DNA of 64,000 nucleotides, from NCBI GenBank assembly GCA_951406725.2, contig OX597815.1, positions 44,516,001 to 44,580,000 on the forward strand. The letters run 5' to 3'. Position 1 is the first letter of the stretch, and each line of letters begins with the position of its first letter. Positions 53,545-64,000 of the stretch are shown in pieces. The notes under the pieces are model-generated. The model made no database searches, was not told where the DNA came from, and worked only from the letters and a program-made list of their open reading frames with translations. Source of the stretch: Octopus vulgaris (Eukaryota). The translations under genes and the position numbers were made by a program.

Positions 53545-54006
53545 TACAGTGTTAATAAAAACACTATACAGCCTTGGGTTAAATAGAAATATCGATAAAT
53601 TTACGAACGTGTGTATTACTTTATTTATTTACCTTTCCAGTAAACACGTTATTTAGCCTCACTGCATCACAGTAGTCACTGTGGTTAAATCATAGGGCTA
53701 TCGTTTTCTGTGGATACAAGAAGAGATCTCTCTGGCTAGTTTCACTTTTATTAACGTTTTAACTGGAGAAGAAACCACGTATCTACTTTCTTCAAAATAT
53801 GACTAGCATTTCCCCACTGAACACAGTTGTGTAATAATTTCTGTAAATTTATTAATTGAAGTTCTTTCCACTTGCTGGGGTTCTATAAATAGCTTTAAGC
53901 TTAACATATAAATAGTTATAAGATTTAGTATAATACCTGTCAGTAAGAGAAACTGACTGCTGAAGAGACTTTATTTAATACGAGCCGAAACTAATGATTG
54001 ATTTGA

Positions 54007-54409
54007 TTCTCAAGTGAGAAACAAGTGGTTTGGAGACCACGGTGTCTACATTTTCAAAGCGAAATTAAATGTCTTTAGTAAAAGCACATGCTTTTATATT
54101 TACCTTATAATCTAGTTTACGCATCTCACACTGTGAAATGGTTTCTTGATTTGGGAGAGGTGATCATATCGAATAAATGTGGTAGTATCGTAATTGCGTT
54201 TCCTGTACCATTGCACTGCAATGCCCAGATCCGAAATATAGCAATATTTTGCTTTGAAAGGAGATAGAGAGACAGACAGACAGACAGACAAACAGAGAGA
54301 GAAGTAGAGAGAGAAGAGAGATTGATCAGCAGAAACGAATGCGGTGGCGATAAGAGGGATATAGGAAACACTGTTATGTTAAACGGCTTAATGCTTAATT
54401 TCAAGAGAT

Positions 54410-54451
<42 letters not shown>

Positions 54452-55494
54452 CAGACAGACAGATTTCTTACTGGAAGGAACGTGTACCGATAAGAGCCAA
54501 GAATAGGGAACACCACAAACATATAACCATACGTACACACATATTTCGTACGAGAAAAGCAGTAGCAATGAAACTGGGGGTATCATAGGTAGGGAGATTT
54601 GTTAATATTGATGGAAATGACGTAAAGTGTTTTGTTTTATCATTAAATTGTTTTGAAGTCATTGAAGGCGCCGAGCTGGCAGAGTCGTTAGCACGCCGGG
54701 CGAAATGATTAGCAGCATTTCGTCAGCCGCTACGTTTTGAGTTCAAATTCCGCCGAGGCCAACTTTGCCTTTCATCCTTTTGGGGTCGATAAAACAAGTA
54801 CCAGTGAAACACTGGGGTCGATGTAATCGACTATTCCCCTCCCCTAAATTTCAGGCCTTATACCTTTTGTAGAAAGGATTATTAAATTGCTTTCAAAAAT
54901 AACCAATCACTCAGGAAATCCCTTTTAGTGAAATGAATTGCCGTCAGCTAAATCGAACCTTTTACATCTAGACACCTTTCTATGAATATAACGCTCTATT
55001 TGTGAATCGAAATCGAATATTATTCATAAGATAATTGACTAGTAAGCCACAGAAGGAAATCGGAGATACAATGTAGTAGGAATGCAACATGTATATGTGT
55101 TTCGAATTTTTGTACAAAGTCCAGTAACTTCGGGGAAAACGTAAGTTGATTACATCGACCCCAGTGCTCAACTGGCATTTATTATGAAAGACAAAGTCGA
55201 CTCCGGCGGTATTTGAATTCAGAACGTAAAGTTGAAAAAAACGTCGCTAAGTAATTTGTCTGACGCGGTAGTAATTCTGCCAGCTCATAATATTTATATT
55301 ATTCGTAAGACCCTTTAACTAGCTTCAGCTTGAAAGTTGCGGTCATGCTGGGGTTTCTCAAGTGAGAAACATGTGGTTTGAGACCACGGCGTCTATATTT
55401 TCAAAGCGAAATTAAATATGTCTTCAGTAAAAGCACATGCTCTTATATTTACCTTATAATCTAATTTACGCATTTCACACTGTGAAATGGTTTC
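54007..55494. repeat. Pair of ~140-bp direct repeats (54007-54145, 55355-55494)
   Basis: ttctcaagtgagaaac...cacactgtgaaatggtttc present twice with scattered substitutions. Confidence 0.9.
54667..54882 (+). mobile_element. SINE family A (alternative tail)
   Basis: Full head and central domain; an opposite-strand decayed copy lies at about 55100-55286. Confidence 0.9.
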
Positions 55495-55619
55495 CAGTAG
55501 TCATTATACGTACATTTCTGATAGGGTTACTCAATTAGTCTATTGGTCAATTGAGAGAAACCGCCATAGAAACCGGGAAACTGGCCCATGAGCCTGGCTA
55601 GGTTTGAAAAGGGCGACGA

Positions 55620-55687
<68 letters not shown>

Positions 55688-55707
55688 TATATATATATAT
55701 ATTTATA

Positions 55708-55771
<64 letters not shown>

Positions 55772-55780
<9 letters not shown>

Positions 55781-56182
55781 TCTAAGTCTCTCTAAAGGAG
55801 ACTACGGCAGATATTAACAGTTATCGCCAAGCTAATATGGCAGTCCATAAATATGGGACTAAAGCTGCCGTTGATTAACTCCAAGAGGCCATTTCCTCTG
55901 GCTAGCTATATGACACACGAAACTGTGTCCATTATAACCTTTGAACAGGGGAGACCAGCCGCTTCCCCTTGCTGGTCAGGCATCTGCAAACATGTTTCAG
56001 GGTATTCGCCCTTTATCAATGCAGAGTAGCCAAATCCAGCAGGCGTCAATGTTGACCGTCTGTTCGAAGGATTATTTACCTAATTTCAGTGGAATACATC
56101 CACCGGTTTTCAAAAATAGAAATATTATTATTTCTAAGTCTCTCTAAAGGAGACTACGACAGCGGTACTGGATATTAACAGT
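55772..56182 (-). mobile_element. Retrozyme-like element: 352-bp unit with terminal direct repeat and HHR
   Basis: attattatttctaagtctctctaaaggagactacg...gatattaacagt at 55772-55821 and again at 56124-56182; lies between (ATT)n and (TA)n; no credible ORF. Confidence 0.75.
55984..56024 (-). ncRNA. Type I hammerhead ribozyme, U3-A8 covariant core
   Basis: Minus: ctgca-TTGATAA-aggg-cgaata-ccct-GAAAC-at-GTT^tgcag; stem III palindrome ACATGT. Confidence 0.82.
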
Positions 56183-56198
56183 AATATATATATATATA

Positions 56199-56621
56199 AT
56201 TTAGATTCAAATGAATATGGTACTTAAGTTGAGGCACCAGAATTTAGTATGGTATTATCAATACAATTTCAAAATAAGGCGATTAAAATGAAAATAAGCT
56301 ACAAGGATATCCAGAAGTAATGGAGTACGATCGTTTCATGCGACTCGATTTAATTAAACAATGCAATCATTTCATTGCAACAACATTGATGTTGTTGGTA
56401 AAACATGTTCTTTGTCTATCTCCTTATCCTCTTGAAGATTTTGGATAAAATTATACTAATGTGTCCTTCTAATTTAATTAAATTCTATGTCTTTGTGCAG
56501 CTGAAGATTGCTCTACATTTTAAATTGATGTAATGAAATGATTGCATTGTTCAATTAAATGGAGTCGCAAGAAACGATCGTACTGCATTACCTCTGAATA
56601 TTCTTGTTGCTTATTCTGATT
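56199..56621. mobile_element. Fold-back HHR element in (TA)n (family of 3579-3978)
   Basis: About 56290-56378 is a diverged reverse complement of 56529-56620; (TA)n on both sides. Confidence 0.78.
56496..56587 (+). ncRNA. Type I hammerhead ribozyme
   Basis: tgcag-CTGAAGA-ttgc...gcaa-GAAAC-gatc-GTA^ctgca. Confidence 0.85.
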
Positions 56622-56774
56622 ATATATATATATATATATATATGACGGTCTTCTTTAATTTTCCGTCTACGAAATCCACTCACTAAGCTTTGGTTTACTT
56701 GTCCTGTTTTCCGCTTTTTTATCGTTGTTTACGTATTTAACTCGTGTGTATGTGTATGTATGTATGAATGTATG

Positions 56775-56823
<49 letters not shown>

Positions 56824-56825
56824 AT

Positions 56826-56901
<76 letters not shown>

Positions 56902-57317
56902 ACCACAAAGACATCTATCTCTACACATCACTCGACTTTCTTATTACCTCTTTATCAAAAAATAAAATTAAAAAAACGTCAGAAATCAACACATGAAACA
57001 CGATCTACATTTCCACCTTGTTCTTAAAATGAGAGCGGGTTGTCAAGAGGTATTATGAGAAAGTGAATGGGTCATTAAGTCAGTCACGGTCTTCTTCGTT
57101 TATTCAGTTAGTATTGGTAATTTACGTGCTAGTGGCGGTGTTAGTGGTTGTGGTGGTTGCAGTGATGGTGTTGGTGGGGAGGGGGGTTGTGCCAGTGCTG
57201 GTGGTGGGGAAGACCAGGACAATGCCACAATAAACAATAGGTTCTCTCACAATATCGACTGTGTAGTTATTCGAAAATTGTGTGTGTGTATATGCGTGTG
57301 TATATGGGTGCACATAT

Positions 57318-57530
57318 GCGTATATGTGGTAAGTAGCTTGTTTACCAATCATATGGTTCTGGGTTCTGTCCTACTGCGTAGCACCTTGGGCAAGTGTCTC
57401 CTACTATAGCCTCGGGCCGACGAAAGGCTTGTGAGTGAATTTGGTAGACGGAAATTGAAAGAAGCCTGTCCTATATATGTATATATATATGTGTATGTGT
57501 GTGTGCATATTTGTGTGTCTGTGTTTGTCG
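57318..57530 (+). mobile_element. SINE family B 5' half
   Basis: Matches 59671-59880. Confidence 0.85.
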
Positions 57531-58559
57531 TTGAGTAAATTGTCATTTATTTGATATATATATATATATTTATTTATTTATTTATTTATCTATCATAACA
57601 AACCTATCGGAAAATCGTTCTTATACATTATGATGTCATTTTTATTCTGTATCAGATAAAACAAGTTCTGTGTTGAGTATTTGTTTATAATTATGTTGAT
57701 GCCTATTTTTATCATTTTCACCGAGAAATAAGTCCTGAAGTTTATAGTCTACATTTTATAAAATATTTATCGTTGAGTTTCTCTTGGGTTTACAAAAATA
57801 GTTTTATTTTAGCATTTTTTAAAGGACATTAGCCAAGTCATAGTTCGCGCGACGAAAATTTTGACACTAAATTACAAATAATGAATGTTTAAGTCAAGTT
57901 AACAGTCTTTGTGAGTTTTTGACAGGGTAATATGTGCCATTCACGTTGCAATCTTTAAAAAAGTCTTTTTTCGACAATCCTATTGCAGTAATTCCAATTT
58001 CCCCCACTCTACTCTGTCTTACCCTTTCTCTCCCTCTCTCTCCCCTTTCTCTCCTCCTCTTTCTCGTTGTTGTCTGCAGTTTCAATAAAAGTGTATTTGT
58101 GTCGGATTTGCAAATGAAAATACTTTATTTTACTAGTCCAGAACGCGTATATAGAATTTATTCTAAATTTGTAACACAATTCTTTATTACCTTCATTAAT
58201 TTTTTTCTAAAGGGATAAAATAGTGCTTCTATGAGATTCTCTAGCAGATACATGTTCATCGAATCGAGGGAAAGAGAAAGGAAGTGTAGAAAAATCAAAA
58301 TAAAATAATACTTTCATAAGTACTGCGTCAACTGGACAGAGGGTATTTTCACAGGAAGAGGGAGTACTGCAACCCCGATATTTTCACGATCTGTCCACTT
58401 AAAATGTTATCCCACAAGAGCAGCTGATCCACGAAATTACACATAGCGGACATGACTGTGGCGAGTATTCACTAAAATAACAGGCTTATAAATGAAAAGT
58501 TTATTTGATTTGTAGAGCGTTAATAAAATAATTTTACGTATATCATCATGGATGCATCT

Positions 58560-58960
58560 CAATGTATCACTAGTGATATTTCCAGGGGTCACTAGGCTAT
58601 TTCACTGTCAGACACCCTCATCCAGATGACCTGAGATTGGTGAAGCCACAGCTTGTATCCATTTAGCATTATCTTTGGTAGTACTGTTTCTTCTGGGGCT
58701 CGTACCTTCTGATCCACAGTCTCTTTGAAGCAACCCTTGCTGTTTCCACAGCCAAAGTTGATGGCCTTCCGCCTACTGGCCCCATGTCATGCCAAGCATG
58801 CTGCAGTTCTATAGCGCGACTGGCCTACAAACCCTCGACATCACGTTGCTTGCCATCCCATTTAACAAATTTCTCTCGTGCATGTTTTTTTTGTCCTTAG
58901 TAACTAACTTATCTGAACCCATAACATGGTGCTTCAATTTTACTAGCTCCATGGCACTTC
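58560..58960 (-). mobile_element. HERO-like (RLE non-LTR) 3' fragment
   Basis: Frameshifted minus translation GWQA..CRGFVGQS..MLGMTWASRRKAI..AVETARVASKRLWIRR, resembling HERO C-termini; 3'UTR gggtgtctga...gacccctgg. Confidence 0.65.
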
Positions 58961-59670
58961 CACATAGTTCTCCACATCTAAATGTATATATAAATACAAG
59001 GTTAGCCATACAAAAGAAGGAAAGAGGGGAGAGGGGGAGAAATAAAAAGAACAACTATTTCTATTTAGTCAAAAGCCTCGCACGAGATCACACGCTCATT
59101 AGATCGGAGATTATCCAGGTTTCTATGGCGTTTATTCGTCTGAGTTTGCAATACTCCTGCTTTTACTGTTATACATTTTCAATAGAATAGACTAGAGGAA
59201 TGTAAAATGAAATGGTTCCTTGCATCGGAACTGAAACCAAGATCTTATGAATGTGAGTTCAGTACCCTAACGTCTTGGCCACGTGCCTTCCACAAGACTG
59301 CTCCAATTATAGTTTTTACTCCTCAAGGTTGCTTAAATTATACTTGTCTCTCCTCAGAGCAACTTAAATCATACTTTTCACTATAACATAGAGGAAATGT
59401 CTAAAATCATCGTAACATACATAGATATGTTTCATTAAACATTAGAGTAACGAAACGAAACACACCAGTAATTTAATTTTCTATATAAGGTGTTTCAACA
59501 ATTCGTTTCATAATAGGTGGCTTTTATTATATGATTCTGATTAAGATAGCTTAAATTATATATCATTATCTTTATCTGACATATCGTCGAAAAGTCTGAG
59601 GTTGCAGTGTTGTTTTTAGAAAAGACTCCTTCATACATGCAATGTGTGAAAAAAAAAAAAAAACAATATA

Positions 59671-60068
59671 CGCAGGAGTGGCTGTGTGGTAAGTAGCTTG
59701 CTAACCAACCACATGGTTCCGGGTTCAGTCCCACTGCGTGGCATCTTGGGCAAGTGTCTTCTGATATAGCCCCGGGCCGACCAATTCCTTGTGAGTGGAT
59801 TTGGTAGACGGAAACTGAAAGAAGCCTGTCTTATATAGATATATATGTATGTATGTGTGTTTGTGTGTCTGTGTTTGTCCCCCTAGCATTGCTTGACAAC
59901 CGATGCTGGTGTGTTTATGTCCCCGTCACTTAGCGGTTCGGCAAAAGAGACCGATAGAATAAGTACTGGCTTACAAAGAATAAGTCCCGGGGTCGATTTG
60001 CTCGACTAAAGGTGGTGCTCCAGCATGGCCGCAGTCAAATGACTGAAACAAGTAAAAGAGTAAAGAGT
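59671..60068 (+). mobile_element. SINE family B (tRNA head, CORE-like cttgggcaagtg domain, internal microsatellite, gtaaaaga tail)
   Basis: A box tggctgtgtggtaag, B box gggttcagtccc; about 14 copies or fragments in the window. Confidence 0.92.
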
Positions 60069-62132
60069 ATACTGCAAATCTAGATGAAATGAAATTAAAC
60101 GAAATAACGACTACGGGAGTGAAATCTGCACATTTCACCGTTTTTGCCGCTTGCCAGTGCCACGCATTCTGCTCCCCTCCGTCGAAAAGTTGCTTCGATC
60201 AGTCTGAAGTATGTAGAAGAAGTGAATAAACAATCTACATTCCTAAATAAAATCCAAACATGTAACAGGAGCTACTCTAGATTAAAATATTTATCTATAA
60301 GACATACTTAACTTATGTATATTGTTGAAAATTTGAAACTGCAGTATTACTCACGAAAGAAATCCCTTTATCGACGAAGTGTATTAAAAATACAACGTAT
60401 TTGATAAGCGTCAAATATACTGACGCATGTCACTCGCGCAGTCACTTCCGAAACGATTTCGTTTCGTCTAGTCCTGAAGTATATTTGTTTTTAACACACT
60501 TCGTGAATAAAATGTTAAGGTGTTTTTTTTTTCCGAGACTTTTCACTGATATACATAGGCTGAGTATGTCATATAGATACTGATTTTAATCGGAATCTGT
60601 TTCAATTACATAACTTGAATATTTCATTATATTTAAACAGCCCATGTTTTGTATATTTTTCGTTGTTTTCACAGCTACGTCTATCTTTAGATATAGTGCT
60701 TATGTGACTATGATGGTGCACATACCCCACCAGTGACTGGCATTAGTTAAAATATGTAGTTTTCTAGTTGTGCTTTAAATAGAAACAACCAAAGGAAGAA
60801 TTCTAAAGAGAAATAAGAACCATATACATCATATATAATGTATTTGTGAGTTATTAGTTTTCAAGTCTTGCTTTAAATGTAGGCAAATCGAGAAAGAGTT
60901 AATACTGTGTAGTTTAGTGAAGGGAAAGTGGATGACACTTGAGATAACGCTGTCACTAATTTTCTGATTTAAAATCATTATCTGTCCAAGCTCAACTTCT
61001 TTTCAATAGCTCTCTCCCACTACCACCAACAGCTATTCTTCTCCAACACTTTTTTTTTATCTCCTTCTCCAATTTTATCACTGCATTCTAAAGATGAATG
61101 TTGTTGTTTTTTTTATTTTTCATTTATTTATTTATTGCTGAATATTTTTTAAAAGCCAATCCTAGTTTTGTATACTTATACTTAAATATGAATGTTTGTG
61201 TGTGTTTCACTGAAATGTTTTATAGGTCTAGCATACCAAACACCACGACAAAATGTAAGCAAATACACTACCTATCTTGTGTACAACGCTATGTATACGT
61301 ATATACAACCATATAGTCACATACATATATATATGCGCACGCACATCTCTCTCTATATACTCATATGTTTGTATATGTGTAGGTGTATATATGTATGCAA
61401 GGCTATAGGTGTGAGATGCTGTTGCATGGAGGTAGCGTATCCAAAGGCTGGTGTGAATGTATATGTATATACATATGTATATATACACGTACATATGTAT
61501 TTGTATATACATATGCATGTGTGTGTAAGTATATGTAAGCATATATCATATGAACAATGTGGAGAACAGAAAACGTTAAATGAACGTTGCAGCAAGAATC
61601 GCACCGCGAGTTCCGCTCACAATTGTTAAGTGAAGATCATTGTTACCCACTGTATCGTAAATGAAGTCATAATGAAGGAGGCTTTGCTGGTAATGTGCGA
61701 GTTGGGAACATGGATATCAAGATGGATAATCGATACATAGCTTCCTACAATGCTTGGTTACTTAAAAATACGAAGCACACATCAATAACGAATGGGGACC
61801 ATCTATCGAGGCCGTCATAGATCTTTATAAATACATATTCAAACATGCAGACCATTGTATCATCTCACCAGAAAGAAAACAAGAAGGGATTCATCTTAAT
61901 ATCAATGAAGCAAATCAGCAACTTGAGTTCATAAACTATCATGTCTAGAATAGGTACGGGGGCGGAAATTGGGAAGCGGTGGGGTTTAGATCCATCGACC
62001 TCGTTGCTCAACTGATTTTTACTTTTTCAACCCCGAAAAAAAAAATAAAAGGCAAAGTCGACCTCGGCAGAATTTTAGATCAGGACGTAAAAGGGGAGAA
62101 AATGTGGCTAAGCATTAACTTAGCAGAAATAT

Positions 62133-62404
62133 GGTGGCGAGCTGGCAGAAACATTAGGACGCCGGATGAAATGCTTAACAGTATTTCGTCTGCCGTTACG
62201 TTCCGGGTTCAAATTCCGCCGAGGTCGGCTTTGCCTTTCATTCTTTCGGGGTAGATTAAATAAGTACCAGTTACGCACTGGGGTCGATATAATCGACTTA
62301 ATCCGTTTGTCTGTCCTTGTTTGTCCTCTCTGTGTTTAACCCCTTGTGGGTAGTAAAGAAATAGGTATTTCCTCTGCGTTACATTCTGAGTTCAAATTCC
62401 GCCG
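62133..62404 (+). mobile_element. SINE family A composite (second unit truncated by a Helitron 5' end at ~62408)
   Basis: Same gtaaagaaataggtatttc junction as 33932-33950. Confidence 0.88.
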
Positions 62405-62646
62405 TATATCTCTCTATATAAACGGCAGTTTGTCTGTGCGTGTTTCTGTGTGTCTATTTGCTTGTACCCTCACCCTGACCACGGCTTTCAACCGATTCTG
62501 ATGAAACTATAATATCATAATTCATAACGCAGCGAAAATATATATATAAATTCGACATATCATGTCTATCCATATGTATAACTCTCTAAAAATGCTTTAT
62601 AGTTATATATATATATGTATACATAAATATATATATATATATGTAT

Positions 62647-62723
<77 letters not shown>

Positions 62724-62724
<1 letters not shown>

Positions 62725-63120
62725 TGTTGTGTCTGGGGAGAGTCATTCTCTTTTGGTGCCTTATAATTTAACAAACTCACCGGTAAAATTTCCACTGATT
62801 TCTCTTTTATTTTTCTAAAATTTTCGTTACGTCTTGCAACCTTTTTAATAGTATGCAAGGTATGTAGTGTATTTGCTTACATTTTGTCCTGGTGTTTGGT
62901 ATACAAAACTAGGATTGGCTTTTAATAGTCAAAACTATTGAAAAGGTTGCAAGACGCAACGAAAATTTTAGAAAAATAAAAAAGAAATGTGGAAATTTTA
63001 CCGGTGAGTCTGTTAAATTATAAGGCACCAAAAGAGAATGACTCTCTCCAGACACAACAGAATATGCTTCAACACACGAACTCACATAAAGAATCTTGCA
63101 AGCCAAATCCAGAAACGAAA
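62724..63120. mobile_element. Fold-back element in (TA)n with ~130-bp inverted arms
   Basis: 62724-62852 versus 62934-63060; right arm extends 60 bp to a TA tract. Confidence 0.88.
62935..62971 (+). ncRNA. Candidate minimal hammerhead with U3-A8 core
   Basis: cta-TTGAAAAG-gttgc-aagac-gcaac-GAAAATTT^tag; same spacing as the minimal HHRs at 4936 and 5224. Confidence 0.55.
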
Positions 63121-63164
63121 TATATATATATATACATACATACATATATATATGAATATATATA

Positions 63165-63830
63165 CGAATCATGCAATCAAGACCTATGCATAGCACTCGT
63201 GGAAACTCATCTGACCCTGATATAGAGGATGCAGAAGTACACGTACCAAAATATACCATGCTGCGAACAGGCAGAAGAGAAAGGAGACATGGTGAAGTTG
63301 CTGTATACATCCGTGAAGACCTCAGGTCTTACTGTCATACTCAAATTCAATACCTGACACTCTAATTGTATATATAAGACAACAAAATATAGTCATATAC
63401 AATACATATTGCCCACCGGATGCTCCAAACCACATCGGCAAGTTTGAAGATTGCCTCACAAGAATTAAAGAAATTCTCATGAAACTGGAACACAACGTGA
63501 GCGTATTTCTTATGGGTAATTTCAACTTCTCCAATGTCAAATGGCCCGAAGTCTCATGCTCTCAGGAATGACTCATTGCAAAGAAGTACAGGAGGAACCC
63601 TGCTCAACTTCACCAATGCCCTATTCATGGAGCAAGATGTACTCAGACCAACTAGGGCGAATAACATTTTGGATCTCTATGGACATCGTTCATAATGTGA
63701 AAGTGACACTGACATTAGTCTCGGATCACAACATAATAGAGCTGTCTATGTATGAATCAAAAGTAGCCAGAGACATACAGCCTAAAGGAAGCACCCAAAA
63801 TCTCTCCAATCGGAACTTCCACGGTTAACC
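63165..63830 (+). pseudogene. Apurinic-like endonuclease fragment of a CR1/L2/Jockey-group LINE
   Basis: IALVETHL; YTMLRTGRRERRHGEVAVYIRE; YCPP; LMGNFNF; PTRANNILDL; SDHNII. Confidence 0.88.
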
Positions 63831-63915
63831 AACAACAGCAACAGTTTAAAATGGAACGAAGTAAATTATTCTCTTACACTAGTTACAAAGGTTTATCTTT
63901 TTTCATCTGTATATA

Positions 63916-63918
<3 letters not shown>

Positions 63919-63997
<79 letters not shown>
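63919..63997. repeat. (GT)n microsatellite
   Basis: Directly visible. Confidence 0.95.

Positions 63998-64000
<3 letters not shown>

Overview
AT-rich eukaryotic, repeat-saturated intergenic or intronic DNA. The SINE repertoire and microsatellite load suggest an octopus/coleoid cephalopod genome (inference). No intact host protein-coding gene is supportable: nearly all listed ORFs are microsatellite translations or transposon fossils. Contents: (1) dozens of tRNA-derived SINE copies from at least five families; (2) DNA transposons (Tc1, mariner, pogo/Tc2-like and hAT MITEs, a hAT transposase fossil, Helitrons); (3) non-LTR fragments (R4/Dong, HERO, Tx1/L1, RTE, an APE-type LINE); (4) two Penelope-like GIY-YIG fragments. 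The most striking signal is nine recognisable type I hammerhead ribozyme (HHR) motifs plus decayed ones, from several unrelated short element families. Almost all abut (TA)n or (ATT)n tracts. Several sit in fold-back (inverted-arm) insertions, one sits in a 352-bp terminally repeated retrozyme-like unit, and two show the compensatory U3-A8 core. All calls come from reading the sequence by eye; no searches or folding programs were run.
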